A stretch of 63,721 nt of DNA, filler included, from Octopus bimaculoides (GCF_001194135.2; 5 parts of 4 records of this genome joined end to end with filler, not necessarily neighbours in it), one strand, 5' to 3'. Counted from the first letter of the whole stretch, positions 1 through 13,348 are shown. Program-made: numbers and translations. The notes: a model not told the origin generated them from the letters alone.

Positions 1-250
1 TACATACATATATGAACACTTTTGATTGCATGTTTGTTGAAGGAGGTCCTAATTTGAGACTACCCAAAAAAGAAATATATCCTACTAACGGACCTCAGTA
101 GTAAAGAATGACGGCAGCAGCTTTAATAATCTATGTGTCAATTGCATTTTAATTTGCATAAAGGAAAATGCCCAAAATAAAATATAAGTAATAGAAATTA
201 TATTTATCACTTCCTAAACATTGATGGTCTGATTACTTCGAAAATGTGCA

Positions 251-281
<31 letters not shown>

Positions 282-916
282 TTATATATACTTCAGTCTA
301 TTTGTGTCTGTATATGTGTGTGAATGAATAAACACCTTTTGCAAGGATTCATGTATGTTTTTTTATAGAACTGTCCACATCTAAAATCGACATGTCTGGG
401 TTGAAATTGTTCAATATGTTGATTTGGATTGGATAGTAACCCAACTTAATGAATTATTTATGTTTTATTAAACTTACCTTTTCGGTCCAGATTGAAATTA
501 CAATATTTTCGTTTGCAAAATTATACACTCTTTCCTGGGTTGCGAGTTTAATGTTAGTTTATCCCTCTCATACGAACATATACTGAATGGTTTTATATAT
601 CATTTCCCGAATTGGACATATTTATGTTTCCTCATCCTCTAAATACATTAATTGAAGAGACTTTTCGCAATAAATTTCATTCACTTATATCGTTTGTTCC
701 TTAGTTCTTGTCGCCAGTTTTATTCTGTTTGGAATTCTGCTATTATTGTAGTATTTGGGAGAGTCATGCAGCTAAAAATTTCACGGGCTGGTTATGTTTC
801 ACTTCCGTTCTATGACCAGTTAATAAGAGCTGTAAGGCGAATGATAAACACGCAATAAGGGCAGAGGAAAGAGATATACTGGAGTGACTCGTAATCATTG
901 TGTGTGTGTGTGTGTG

Positions 917-954
<38 letters not shown>

Positions 955-972
955 CGTGCGCGCGCGACACGT

Positions 973-1190
973 GTTTGTGTGTCTCTGTTTGTCTCCCTAC
1001 CATTGTCTGACAACCGATGGTGGTGAGTTTACGTCCCCGTAACCTAGTGAGTCGGCAAAAGAGACCGATGGAATAAGTACTATGCTTACAAACAATGAGT
1101 TCTGGCGTTGAATTGTTCGACTGAAGGCAGTACTTCAGCATGGCCGTAGTCAAATGACTGAAATAAATGAATAAATAAAAGAGTAAAATA
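973..1190 (+). mobile_element. tRNA-derived SINE family A, 3' half
   Basis: Matches the 3' half of the well-preserved copy at 24431-24826 (GACAACCGATG...CCCCGTAAC...GGCAAAAGAGACCGAT...GCATGGCCG.AGTCAAATGACTGAAA, AAAAGAGT tail). Confidence 0.8.
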
Positions 1191-1202
1191 GAATATATAT
1201 AT

Positions 1203-1400
1203 ATTACGGAGATGTACTTGCATAGCAAGCGACCTGATCTGAGATCGTGTGCTGGAACGAAAACAATTCCAGCGTGGAAGGTGTTTATAAGCCATTTAAG
1301 AAATACACAAAAACCGTTAGATTCACTTAAACATTTAAAATTAATTTGCCAAAATATTTTCGTCGCTTTGAGACCGCGACCTGTTCACTGACAACATTCC
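1203..1400 (-). mobile_element. Probable Penelope-like element terminal (pLTR) fragment
   Basis: Sits between (TA)n tracts and ends in a minimal hammerhead fold, the arrangement typical of PLE pLTRs; no ORF seen. Confidence 0.5.
1346..1394 (-). ncRNA. Minimal type I hammerhead ribozyme, G3-C8 variant
   Basis: Minus strand: TTGTCA-GTGAACA-G-GTCGC-GGTCTCAAA-GCGAC-GAAA-ATATT-T-TGGCAA; 6-bp stem I with one G-U, 5-bp stem II, palindromic stem III. Confidence 0.65.
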
Positions 1401-1895
1401 GTGCTGAATATATATATATATATATATANNNNNNNNNNNNNNNNNNNNNNNNNNNNNNNNNNNNNNNNNNNNNNNNNNNNNNNNNNNNNNNNNNNNNNNN
1501 NNNNNNNNNNNNNNNNNNNNNNNNNNNNNNNNNNNNNNNNNNNNNNNNNNNNNNNNNNNNNNNNNNNNNNNNNNNNNNNNNNNNNNNNNNNNNNNNNNNN
1601 NNNNNNNNNNNNNNNNNNNNNNNNNNNNNNNNNNNNNNNNNNNNNNNNNNNNNNNNNNNNNNNNNNNNNNNNNNNNNNNNNNNNNNNNNNNNNNNNNNNN
1701 NNNNNNNNNNNNNNNNNNNNNNNNNNNNNNNNNNNNNNNNNNNNNNNNNNNNNNNNNNNNNNNNNNNNNNNNNNNNNNNNNNNNNNNNNNNNNNNNNNNN
1801 NNNNNNNNNNNNNNNNNNNNNNNNNNNNNNNNNNNNNNNNNNNNNNNNNNNNNNNNNNNNNNNNNNNNNNNNNNNNNNNNNNNNNNNNNNNNNNN

Positions 1896-1940
<45 letters not shown>

Positions 1941-1944
1941 TTGG

Positions 1945-2260
1945 TTCAGTCATTTGATTGCGGCCATGCTGGAGCACAGCCTTCAGTCGAACAAATCGAC
2001 TCCAGGATTTATTCTTTGTAAGCCTACTATTTATTGTATCAGTCTCTTTTGCGGAAGTGCTATTTTTTTCCGGAACGTAAACACACTACAATCAGTTGTC
2101 AAGCGATGTTGGTGGGACAAACCGAGACACTCCCCCATATATACACACATATATATATACGACGGACCTCTTTCATTTTCCGTCTACCAAATCCACTCAC
2201 AAGGTACCACGCAGTGGGACTGAACCCGGAATCGTGTGGTTGGTAAGCAAGCAACTTAAC
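1945..2260 (-). mobile_element. tRNA-derived SINE family A (internally deleted)
   Basis: Reverse-complement match to the 24431-24826 copy. Confidence 0.8.
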
Positions 2261-3082
2261 ATAAACCACTCCTATAACATAACCCGACCAAAATGCAATT
2301 TTAATTGCAATAGATGCTTTCATATCACGCATCTTGCAAAACAAATGTAAACAGTTTTAATATTCCATGCATAACACTTAATAATAAATCACCGCCAGTT
2401 TTTTTTCCACTTAACTTCTTCAACTTATTTTATAATTTCTCACCGATAGTATGTTGGTACACTAGGAACCTTAGAATGATGTATATTTAAACAATTCTAC
2501 TTGTATCGGTAATTTCGAAGATACTTTGACGATTCTGTTCTCGTGGGGGTCAGGAAATTACTGAAATATAAAAGAAAGGCTTGTAGTATTTACAGGAAAT
2601 ATTAAAATATATATATATATAGATATATATTCAACCTTCTTTTATAGCGAATTTTCAACATCGCATATTTACTTACAAATCCTGGCACTGAAATATGTTA
2701 AAACAGACCTAACTGATGTACAAATGTCCGTCTTGTTGAGAAAGTTTCATTCTGACATTACCGAAGCTGAAAGAAACCCAATTAGTACAAATAATGATAT
2801 GTCAGTTGTCAGAGAAGTAGGTTCTCATAATTGCTTATAACCCCCACATATCATAGCAATATGTTGTATTATATTAAATTAATAGCTCCTTTTTTTTCCT
2901 GTCTGTTATAAAGAATAAAGTATGCTTTCTTTTCATTAGCACAATCTTGCCGGGGGTGGTGGTATATATCTTATTCAATTGACAATGCGTTTCTTCATTT
3001 CTTTCTTTATACGGAAAACAAGGTAGAAATATAAATTGATACATCATTGATACAAGATACGTATATATGCATGTGTGTGTGA

Positions 3083-3125
<43 letters not shown>

Positions 3126-4570
3126 CTTATGCGCGCGTATGCATGGATGTATAATGTATATGTGTATGTAAGTATGTTCATATATAAAGACACAGACATA
3201 GTACATATATACGTATACACATGCATACATATATAATACTCATATATGTATACATATCTATATGTATGTGTGTACATACATATATATATATATTTATATA
3301 TATANNNNNNNNNNNNNNNNNNNNNNNNNNNNNNNNNNNNNNNNNNNNNNNNNNNNNNNNNNNNNNNNNNNNNNNNNNNNNNNNNNNNNNNNNNNNNNNN
3401 NNNNNNNNNNNNNNNNNNNNNNNNNNNNNNNNNNNNNNNNNNNNNNNNNNNNNNNNNNNNNNNNNNNNNNNNNNNNNNNNNNNNNNNNNNNNNNNNNNNN
3501 NNNNNNNNNNNNNNNNNNNNNNNNNNNNNNNNNNNNNNNNNNNNNNNNNNNNNNNNNNNNNNNNNNNNNNNNNNNNNNNNNNNNNNNNNNNNNNNNNNNN
3601 NNNNNNNNNNNNNNNNNNNNNNNNNNNNNNNNNNNNNNNNNNNNNNNNNNNNNNNNNNNNNNNNNNNNNNNNNNNNNNNNNNNNNNNNNNNNNNNNNNNN
3701 NNNNNNNNNNNNNNNNNNNNNNNNNNNNNNNNNNNNNNNNNNNNNNNNNNNNNNNNNNNNNNNNNNNNNNNNNNNNNNNNNNNNNNNNNNNNNNNNNNNN
3801 NNNNNNNNNNNNNNNNNNNNNNNNNNNNNNNNNNNNNNNNNNNNNNNNNNNNNNNNNNNNNNNNNNNNNNNNNNNNNNNNNNNNNNNNNNNNNNNNNNNN
3901 TATATAAAGGACAAAGCAAATGACAGAGAGAATGAGCGATTGCGATGTATAAGTCTTAAATCAACTCAGTCGTATATGTATGACCGATCTTAAGTGGAGA
4001 TAAAAGAAAATATCCCAGCAGTATGAGCGGAGAAAGGGCTAGGTGTAGGAAGAGAAGGAAAAAAAGATTAAAATGATGGCATTCAATCAATGTCAGCAAC
4101 ACGTGTCGTCAATAGCAACGCTTCAAAAATAATGAAATATATGGTCTGATGATATTCTTGATGGCTGCATAATTAAGATTTCTACCACAGACGAGATTGA
4201 TGGACAAAAGAAAGAACGAAAGAGAGAGGAAAGAAAGAAGGTAAGATCGTAGTGTAATAATACAAAGACAACAACAACAACAACAAAAAACCCTGCCATA
4301 ATATAGTAAATATATCAGAGGCGAGAACATAATGAATAGAGGCGTTCATAATATCTCCATTGTTTAAAGTGAGTCTTTATCCTGTGATTGTATCTGGGAA
4401 TAGTTTTTAAAATGTGAAGAAAGACCTTGTAATTATCCGTGAAACAGTGGGACATAGGGAAGTCTGTACCAGTGTTATGCCCCTCTATGGGAAATAAGCA
4501 AAATCCTACCTATATTTTGCACTTGCAACGTAGATTTCCTATGCTTGTCGGAAATAGTTCTGAGAAAGAA

Positions 4571-4661
<91 letters not shown>

Positions 4662-4799
4662 ATCACAATATTATTAGTAGTATTATTGTTATCATTTTCT
4701 GATTGAATTGCATTCTATTTCATTATCTGACCGGATCTGAATCAGAAACCTAAGGCACCTGTATATCAAATGAAAAAGAAGTTCCTGAGAATGTTGGCA

Positions 4800-5530
4800 G
4801 TTGATGGCAACGGAAATGTTTGAGTCTCATATATTATTGGTTTCCCAGGATCTGCTCAAAAATGTGTCAGCATAGTGATTACAAGTGACTCTCCACAAAC
4901 AAATAAAAGAAAGATCATTCCCTGGACACCTATAACAACAGAGACGGTTTTGGTTTTTAATGGCCATGTCCAAGATATCTCAATCTTAAAATCCTTATAT
5001 TTGAACAGTTTCTCAAATTCCTTTGCTGAGATGTTTCTCTCACTAGGCACTTTCATATCAATTAACAAGCATATTTGCTTTTGTTTTAGAACTTTGATGA
5101 TGATGTCTGGTCTGTTATCATTTATTTATCCATCTGTATGTACTCCACAATCCCATAATATGATAACATTCTCACTGGATGGTGTTCATACCAGTTCTTT
5201 GACTGTGGAATACCATAGTGACGGCACTATTTGGTTTTATATTCTGTAGGGGTAATGAGTGAGCAAAGAGCAACAACGTAATCAATATTTTAACTTTGCC
5301 ATTAGAAAGTCTGCACTTTGTCTCTACTTCATTGTTTATAATATTAGCTTGATAGTTCCGGGTGAAGAAACTCTGGTCTTGTGCTGCTAGGATGAATTCT
5401 TGTCTCGGCTTTGAAACCAACACTCTGCAGCAAATGAAGGGTTATTTACATATCTATATCACCTTCCCTAGGTCATTTGCGGCATAACACCTGCAACGGT
5501 TTTTCTGGCAACAGTCTTAATATTGCTTTC
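4800..5530 (-). mobile_element. R4/Dong-like non-LTR retrotransposon remnant (zinc-knuckle region and restriction-like endonuclease), frameshifted
   Basis: Translations EFILAAQDQSFFTRNYQANII..KCRL, WYEHHP and MLIDMKVPSERNISAKEFEKLFKYKDFKIEISWTWPLKTKTVSVVIG resemble the R4-clade C-terminus; same family as 54669-55020. Confidence 0.8.
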
Positions 5531-5607
5531 AAACTTTCGTGTTTGAGTTTTGTTATACATTTCTTGCTTCCTTAGTGGATGGTCAGCCCTTCTTATCATT
5601 ACCATTG

Positions 5608-5743
5608 TCAGGAAAATTCTTCTTCTTCTTCTTCTTCTTCTTCTTCTTCTTCTTCTTCTTCTTCTTCTTCTTCTTCTTCTTCTTCCCCCACCTGCTCATC
5701 ACCTCCTCCTCCTCCTCCTCTTCTTCTTCTTATTATTTTTATT

Positions 5744-5786
<43 letters not shown>

Positions 5787-5900
5787 CCCTCATCATCATC
5801 ATCATCATCATCATCACCATCACCACCATCACCATCATCATCATGATCATCATCATCATCAGCAGCAGCATCATCATCATCATCATCATCGTCATCATTA
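5608..5900. repeat. Compound trinucleotide microsatellite (TTC)n(CTC)n(ATC)n
   Basis: Direct reading. Confidence 0.95.
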
Positions 5901-5916
5901 TTCAGTAGTCTTATTT

Positions 5917-6850
5917 TTATAATGAGCTTTCACTACTGTATTTTTCTTTGAGGCCTAAATCTGTAATTTTTCGAAACAATGATTGGCTCAAATGAAACAA
6001 ACATGCCCCGATAAATGAATCAAGGAATGATGAATTAGGTGCCTTATGAACTGCAACTTCGAAATCAGCCATGAGATGAAGGAGATATGCATTACATTGC
6101 ATAATTTTCAATTGCTCGAAAAATAATTCGTGTGTCTGCTTTGTTTTATTCGGCAGTAATGCAAAGACCCTTGGAAAACTGTTACCTTTAACTTGTACAT
6201 GAATGCTTAACATTTGAATCCACTATTCTGGTAGAATTTTGAACGTCCCATCACATGTCCAACGACGATATGATGCTATATCATTAAGAGCACTTTCTGA
6301 TGTAAATGCTATTGTGAGATGTTGACCCTCGATACCCGAATCGTAATGCAGAAACTGTTCGCTATTATCAAGTTTACAATATTCTTTTGGCATTTCAAAA
6401 CCAGCTCTAGCCCTGGTTTAACAGGAAATCCGGAATTTTTTTTTTTTGTCGGCACCTTTGAAGAGACCTTGAAAGTACAGGTAAATGAGTAAGTTCTGAG
6501 CAAGTATTTCCTGTTAGCTGCGTAAACGTAGCCGCTATTATGCTACGCGAACTTGCTGCTACGTTTACCACCGCTTCATGCTTTATTCCTGAAGCTGCTT
6601 TTCTAGCGTTTAACGAATCTACATCAGCTGGATGAAGAAAAATAATCTTCGGTTCATTGTTTTCCGATACCGTGTGAATACGTACGGAACACAGCCTTCT
6701 TTTCTCATATCTCCAGTATTCTCTTTTTAGTTTTGCATTGCTTGAATGAAAATCGTGGATGTAATTACTTTCATCAAATACTTTTCTTTGTTTTTGGTCA
6801 ATACTATGAACTTTGTCTTTTCGGGATGGGAAATTAAAAATGTGTACGCT
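5917..6850 (-). mobile_element. FLYWCH-MULE (Mutator-like) transposase pseudogene, 3' truncated
   Basis: EYWRYEKRRLCSVRIHT (FLYWCH-like), then WTCDGTFKILP and VFALLPNKT...LMADFEVAV...GACLFHLSQSLFRKI..LGL (MULE DDE-domain motifs), with stops and frameshifts. Confidence 0.85.
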
Positions 6851-7056
6851 AAATTTGCAGCACTCACTATACACAGCACCGTATATATAAGAGAGAAGGA
6901 AAAAAGAGAAAGATTGTTAAAAGAGAAAGAAATAGAACGGTAGTAACAATCTTGTATCTTCGCTAGATATAGTTCTGGAAATATATTATTTAACCTTTTT
7001 TTCTGAAGAGTTTATTTAAAATTGTACACAAAGCCGTTGGATAAGAAAATCATCGG

Positions 7057-7505
7057 AAAAAAAAGACGTCGGACGAAAAGACGTGACCGAAAACTTGTTT
7101 GACAAAGTGACGTCGGACCAAGACATAACACCACATATATTTATGTATATATATATATATATAAATGTCTTACGGTTAAGCTGGTTCCTATGTATTTCCC
7201 TGAAGAGACAAAAAAGACGTCGGACGAAAAGACGTCACCGAAAACTTGTTTGACAAAGTGACGTCGAACCAAGACATAACACCATATATATTTATGTATA
7301 TATATATATATAAATGTCTTACGGTTAAGCTGGTTCCTATGTATTTCCCTGAAGAGAAAAAAAAGACGTCGGACGAAAAGACGTCACCGAAAACTTGTTT
7401 GACAAAGTGACGTCGGACCAAGACATAACACCATATATATTTATGTATATTATATATATAAATGTCTTACGGTTAAGCTGGTTCCTATATATTTTCCTGA
7501 AGAGA
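7057..7505. repeat. Tandem repeat, three copies of a ~150-bp unit
   Basis: Unit-initial GACGTCGGACGAAAAG begins at 7065, 7216 and 7365; copies are near-identical. Confidence 0.95.
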
Positions 7506-8018
7506 AGATTACATCCTTATCAACAACACCTGTACATATGGAAGGTATAATTTGTAATCTTCGAAACATATGCGGGAAATAAAAGAATTCATTTAACTTG
7601 TATTTTACTCCATTTACTAAATTTATATATTTACTCAAGTACCCAAAATAACAAGGAGTTTCTATCTCATAAAGAGGAGTTACACCACAGTCATTTTGTG
7701 ATCTTTGCTACCCTGGTATCTATTAACCAATTTATTTTGTCCGAGTTAATTATTAACTNNNNNNNNNNNNNNNNNNNNNNNNNNNNNNNNNNNNNNNNNN
7801 NNNNNNNNNNNNNNNNNNNNNNNNNNNNNNNNNNNNNNNNNNNNNNNNNNNNNNNNNNNNNNNNNNNNNNNNNNNNNNNNNNNNNNNNNNNNNNNNNNNN
7901 NNNNNNNNNNNNNNNNNNNNNNNNNNNNNNNNNNNNNNNNNNNNNNNNNNNNNNNNNNNNNNNNNNNNNNNNNNNNNNNNNNNNNNNNNNNNNNNNNNNN
8001 NNNNNNNNNGTGTGTGTA

Positions 8019-8057
<39 letters not shown>

Positions 8058-8124
8058 ATATATACTATAGCCTCAGGCAGACTAATGCCTTGTGAGTGGA
8101 TTTTGTACACGGAAACTGAACGCG

Positions 8125-8245
8125 AAATGCTTAGCGGTGTTCCATCTGTCTTTACGCCATGAGCTTCAATTCCGCCGAGGTCGACTTAGCCTTTTATCAT
8201 TGCAGGGTCGATAAATTAAGTATCAGTTGCGTACTGGGTACTGCA
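8125..8245 (+). mobile_element. SINE family B fragment
   Basis: GCGAAATGCTTAGCGGT...TTCCGCCGAGGTCGAC...GGTCGATAAATTAAGTA, shared with 22947-23179. Confidence 0.75.
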
Positions 8246-8490
8246 CTATGCATTTCCCTTAAGCTCTTCCAAAATTATTTTCAACTGCATCTTCTATTAG
8301 TTTTTTTATATATTTCTTTTATGAAAGGCACCAATAGTTATAAAGTTTTGCTATCCCCAGACGTCAATCTGGTGCTACTTTGGAATTATTTTTCAGGTCA
8401 AAGATGGGAAATAGATATTTAAAGATATAATATGCAGAAACTATAAATATAATTATGCAAAATAACAGTAAATAAGACAAATTCTGAACT

Positions 8491-8770
8491 GGTCCACAGC
8501 TCTTCAATATCCTCTCGAAGGACCTGAGAGACCTGCATGTGGTGGATGTAGGTATCTTCAAAATAAAGCAGGACCTCTTCCTGTCAAGTGTCCCAGATGA
8601 ACCAACTTCGCAGCAGGAGGTGCCGATGAGGGCATCAACATCAAACACTCTCATCCACCAAATGTCAATCCCTGAAGTAAAATTCGTGAAGTAAAATTAC
8701 GTAGCAACACTAAATGGCGGTGGCCCAACAATGGCCACAACTCATGAGCTGGAACCGGATAAAATGAAAA
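8491..8770 (+). mobile_element. CR1/L2-group LINE 3' end remnant
   Basis: GPQLFNILSKDLRDLHVVDVGIFKIKQDLFLSSVPDEP resembles the C-terminal GPxLFNxLP...FKxxLDxFLxxVPDEP motif of this LINE group. Confidence 0.7.
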
Positions 8771-10224
8771 AATGCATGAAATTAAAATTTAATATTCAAA
8801 ATCACAGATTCAGCCAGCAAAAAATGAACATCAGCAACTGCGACACGCACATTTACAAATGGTGAAAAACAAAAACCGTTTCTTCTAAGATAGCCGTTTT
8901 TGCTCGTCTGGGGATGCTGCTAGAAGATACGTTTTCATATTTTATTTACAAGACTTTTGTGTTTGACCAAGCGCAGCAGGTTGCCATTCTTGTCTAGATA
9001 GGATTGAATATTACAGAGACGGGAAGTTTTAAATGCTGAGAAAGAAAGGCTACTAGCTCTATTTAGCTATTGAACTTTCATGACAATAGAACTTTACTGA
9101 ATCGTGAAGTTTTGAACACGTTTACCATTTGACATCCAGTGGGAAAAAAACATTTCAGTGAAAGATAGTGTATTTTTCATACGATTTCATTCAATGTCTT
9201 CATTAATAAGATAGAAATTAGATGGTTTGCAAAACATGGCTTGCTTTCTAAACGGAATCACTGCAAACACGACAAAAAATATTGAGTAGTAGTAGTTAAA
9301 AGAGGGACGAAATATTATAGAAAGTTTAGATTTATACCTTGTTGTGTCTAGCATTTATGAAATGTAATCTCATGGAAAGTTTCATGTAGTTAATAATATT
9401 CAGTTAAATCAAGTCTCACTGCACCTGAATTTATCTCATTTACTTTAGATGTATTTTATTTTCTTTGGTGATATCTTACTATATATCGTTATAACTAGTT
9501 ATCAACTTTAATCTAACAACAACTAGTTACGTGTATTTACATATACATATAAAAGTATACACACATGCGCACACACAAAATTATATATAAATCATTATAT
9601 ATATATATGTATATATACATATACATATACTATTACACACAGAAGAATTTATGAATGCATGTATTTATATACGCACACACATATACTTCTATAAATAAAT
9701 TATAACTAGTTGTATCAAACTTTATCGAGTTATTTCCTATTTTATCTCATTTAAATCTTGTTATGTCTTGTTTTCTATCGTTATATCAACTTTTATTTTG
9801 TTATCGAGTTATATCGTATTCACATCATGTTATGTATTTTTACCAAATTATTTTCAACCCTTTCATGTAAAAAATAAACTAAACAAACAATAGTTTCATG
9901 TCATTTTTATCTCTTTATCAACTGGTGTTTTTTTTTGTTTGTTTTACGTACCAAATGACTTATTTCTACATTCCCGTTTTGTGGTGTGTAGGAAATAGTT
10001 AATATGTTGAACAATATAACAACGCTTCAAATTCTACTGCACATAAAGGGAAAAAAACTAGAAAAAATCCCAATGAGTTTGACATGAAATGTTAATATAG
10101 CTTTTCTGTAGTCTTTTATTATTTGCTATATTAATGTTACTTTGCTTACGGTTATGACTACGTGATCCTAGGTAGATTTGAGTTCACATGCCAAAAGCAA
10201 CCAAATAAGACTACGTGAAAATTG

Positions 10225-10266
<42 letters not shown>

Positions 10267-11556
10267 NNNNNNNNNNNNNNNNNNNNNNNNNNNNNNNNNN
10301 NNNNNNNNNNNNNNNNNNNNNNNNNNNNNNNNNNNNNNNNNNNNNNNNNNNNNNNNNNNNNNNNNNNNNNNNNNNNNNNNNNNNNNNNNNNNNNNNNNNN
10401 NNNNNNNNNNNNNNNNNNNNNNNNNNNNNNNNNNNNNNNNNNNNNNNNNNNNNNNNNNNNNNNNNNNNNNNNNNNNNNNNNNNNNNNNNNNNNNNNNNNN
10501 NNNNNNNNNNNNNNNNNNNNNNNNNNNNNNNNNNNNNNNNNNNNNNNNNNNNNNNNNNNNNNNNNNNNNNNNNNNNNNNNNNNNNNNNNNNNNNNNNNNN
10601 NNNNNNNNNNNNNNNNNNNNNNNNNNNNNNNNNNNNNNNNNNNNNNNNNNNNNNNNNNNNNNNNNNNNNNNNNNNNNNNNNNNNNNNNNNNNNNNNNNNN
10701 NNNNNNNNNNNNNNNNNNNNNNNNNNNNNNNNNNNNNNNNNNNNNNNNNNNNNNNNNNNNNNNNNNNNNNNNNNNNNNNNNNNNNNNNNNNNNNNNNNNN
10801 NNNNNNNNNNNNNNNNNNNNNNNNNNNNNNNNNNNNNNNNNNNNNNNNNNNNNNNNNNNNNNNNNNNNNNNNNNNNNNNNNNNNNNNNNNNNNNNNNNNN
10901 NNNNNNNNNNNNNNNNNNNNNNNNNTGGTGTGATGTGGTTTGATGTGGTGGTGTGGTGTATGGTGTGGTTTGGTGGTGTGGGGCGTGGGGGGGAGGCGAG
11001 GCAAGAGTGCGGGAAGCAAGGGTGGTGTCTAAGGGATGGGGTGAAGGTCGGATGGGATGTATAGGGATGTACGTATAGCTTCCTGTACGAATGTTCCAGT
11101 TTGGTTTCTCTATTAGAATATAGGTTGTGAAGTGTATTACTTTGAATAATGCTCTAGCGATGAAAATAATGCAACATTTTTTTTATCAAGTAGATAGTTG
11201 TTTCGATTTTGCAGTCCTAAAACAGTGAATGAAATTCTGGGAAGAGTTGCAAAAAACATGCTTTTATAAATGTACTATGTTTCTTGTGCTGTGAGTTTAA
11301 TTTCTGATGGGATTATTTCTGACTCACCAGATTGCTAAAGCACCAGTTACGCGTTGAAGCGACTTCATAGACAAACAGTCATTGAGAGTTTTAGCTCTAT
11401 GTAAGTTACTTTTCTAATGAGATGTTATAAATATCAAGCGCTACAGTGAACATAAAACATGGAACAAAGTTCCTTGTATTATATTATTTGAGCAACCAAA
11501 ATGAGAGAAGAATATATAATGGGGATCTTTGTGGTTTCCGTCAACGCTTAGAATTA

Positions 11557-11960
11557 TACTCTCTTTTACCTCCTTCAGTTATTTGACTGTGGCCATGCTG
11601 GAGCACCGCCTTTAGTTGAACAAATCGACCCCAGGACTTATTCTAGGTAACTCTAGTACTTATTCTATCGGTCTCTTTTGCCGAATCCCTGACTCACGGG
11701 GACGTAAACACACCAGCATCGGTTGTCAAGCGATGTTGGAGGGACAAGCACAGACACACAAACATATACACACACATACATATATATACATATATACGAC
11801 CGGCTTCTTTCAGTTTCCGTCTACCAAATCCACTCACAAGGCTTTGGTCAGCCCGAGGCTATAGTAGAAGACATTTGCCGAAGGTTCCACGCAGTGGGAC
11901 TGAACCCGAAACCATGTGGTTGGTAAGTATGCTACTTACCCCACAGCCATTCCTACGCCT
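11557..11960 (-). mobile_element. tRNA-derived SINE family A, near full length
   Basis: Head, internal (TA)/(TG) tract and tail all match the 24431-24826 copy. Confidence 0.85.
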
Positions 11961-12461
11961 AGAAAAAAAATTTATGTATCATATAAATGGACATTTTGAC
12001 GCTGGATCCGAATTTGTTAATCAATTATTCCACAAAAAATTTTTGAAAAATGTCACAGATGTTCAAATTTTGATAATTCTCAGCCAATCAGAAAACAGCG
12101 CGTTCACTGCCTCTTTCATCAACAGATACTAGGGAGATCGGCATGTCAAAACATTGCTAGAAATAACAGTCAAGACATTAAAATATACACGAATGAGGAA
12201 AACATTGAAACATCGCGAGCAGAATTGAGAGGCAGTTTGATTTTACTTTTCAGCGTTGAATGTACACCATCGTACTCCTATTGCGCGTGCACATACGCAC
12301 ACACATTCCAATACCTCCCTTTTACATACACACACATATAAACAATGCTTAAGTAAGCTATGTGTGACGGATGAAATCTCAGTCCAATTCGACCTTGACC
12401 TTCTAAGAGGAAAACGGGCGCATTAGCTGTAGATGTACTAAAAAAAAAAAAAAATAGATAC

Positions 12462-12566
12462 TGCTCATAGCTGGATCCCTTCTGATTATAGGCCGGTCTT
12501 CTTGCCCGATCAACACTGACATGGCTAAAATGTGAGCCGCTATTGCATTTACAACCAGAACAGCCA
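12462..12566 (-). CDS. Candidate coding exon of unknown gene (105 nt, phase 1-1)
   Basis: Acceptor TTTTTCGTAG, open frame AVLVVNAIAAHILAMSVLIGQEDRPIIRRDPAMS, weak donor GTATCT; protein not recognised. Confidence 0.2.
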
Positions 12567-12875
12567 CTACGAAAAATCATAATACAAGGAAAGACAACTG
12601 TGTAGATACAAGAATAAAATTAGATACCATAAAGAAAACCTAAAAAAATACTATACGAAGATGATACAAATTAATAAATAAATACATAAATACATGCGGA
12701 AACAAAAAATAAAAAAGAATATATTTTCCCATCGGAATAACGAATCATCGAACCGCACTAAAGTGAACCAAAGAGAACTAACGAGACAACAGAGTTAACC
12801 AACCGAACTTTAATTACGTACTCCCGACAGTTCGCTCTCATTGTACTCCACTTTGAAACTGAATAGTGGACGGTG

Positions 12876-12909
<34 letters not shown>

Positions 12910-13334
12910 ACATTCCTTTTCTCTGCTTTTGTTATTTACGTTATTTTCTCTGACAGAAAGCGCAAGGTTGTAATTCGACCAACTTGAAATTCTCCGCATG
13001 AAATTCTTCTCATGAAGTTTCCTCACATGCCAGCGGTTGGTGGTTGTGGTGGAAGGTGATGGGAAAACTTGTGCAAGTAATCGTGATGTTACCAGTAGTG
13101 CAGATCGTGTTGTTTTGATGCTCTTTTTCTTTACCTTGTTGTCGGCGTCGGTAGTGGAAGAGTTGAGGATGTTAAGGTTAGCAGTATGGATGTTGCTGTT
13201 CAAAGCAGAGAGGATGAGAGGGCAAGTGGTTGAGAAGATAAGAGAGGAGAAAGAATGTAAGGTAGATGAAATGAGTAGATGAGAAAGAATCAGCCGGGTT
13301 AATTCGATGACAGATGCACAGCTTGATAAACGAC

Positions 13335-13348
13335 GTTGCTATGGAAAT
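13335..13348. promoter_or_regulatory. RFX X-box-like motif
   Basis: GTTGCTATGGAAAT versus consensus GTTGCYATRGMAAC (one terminal mismatch), at the edge of a repeat-free complex region. Confidence 0.3.

Noticed and set aside
5539-5922. Long low-complexity ORFs (poly-His/Ser/Ile, HTHT, YIYI, N-spanning) throughout the ORF track
   Set aside because: Translations of microsatellites or gaps.
7199-7240. CTGAAGA...GAAA across the tandem-unit junction
   Set aside because: Stem II does not close onto GAAA and there is no stem I or UH; coincidental.
7057-7505. CRISPR-like appearance of the 150-bp array
   Set aside because: Units are identical throughout with no unique spacers, the context is eukaryotic, and there are no cas genes.
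9220-9275. RWFAKHGLLSKRNHCKH, vaguely Merlin/IS1595-like
   Set aside because: Too short, with no supporting downstream motifs.
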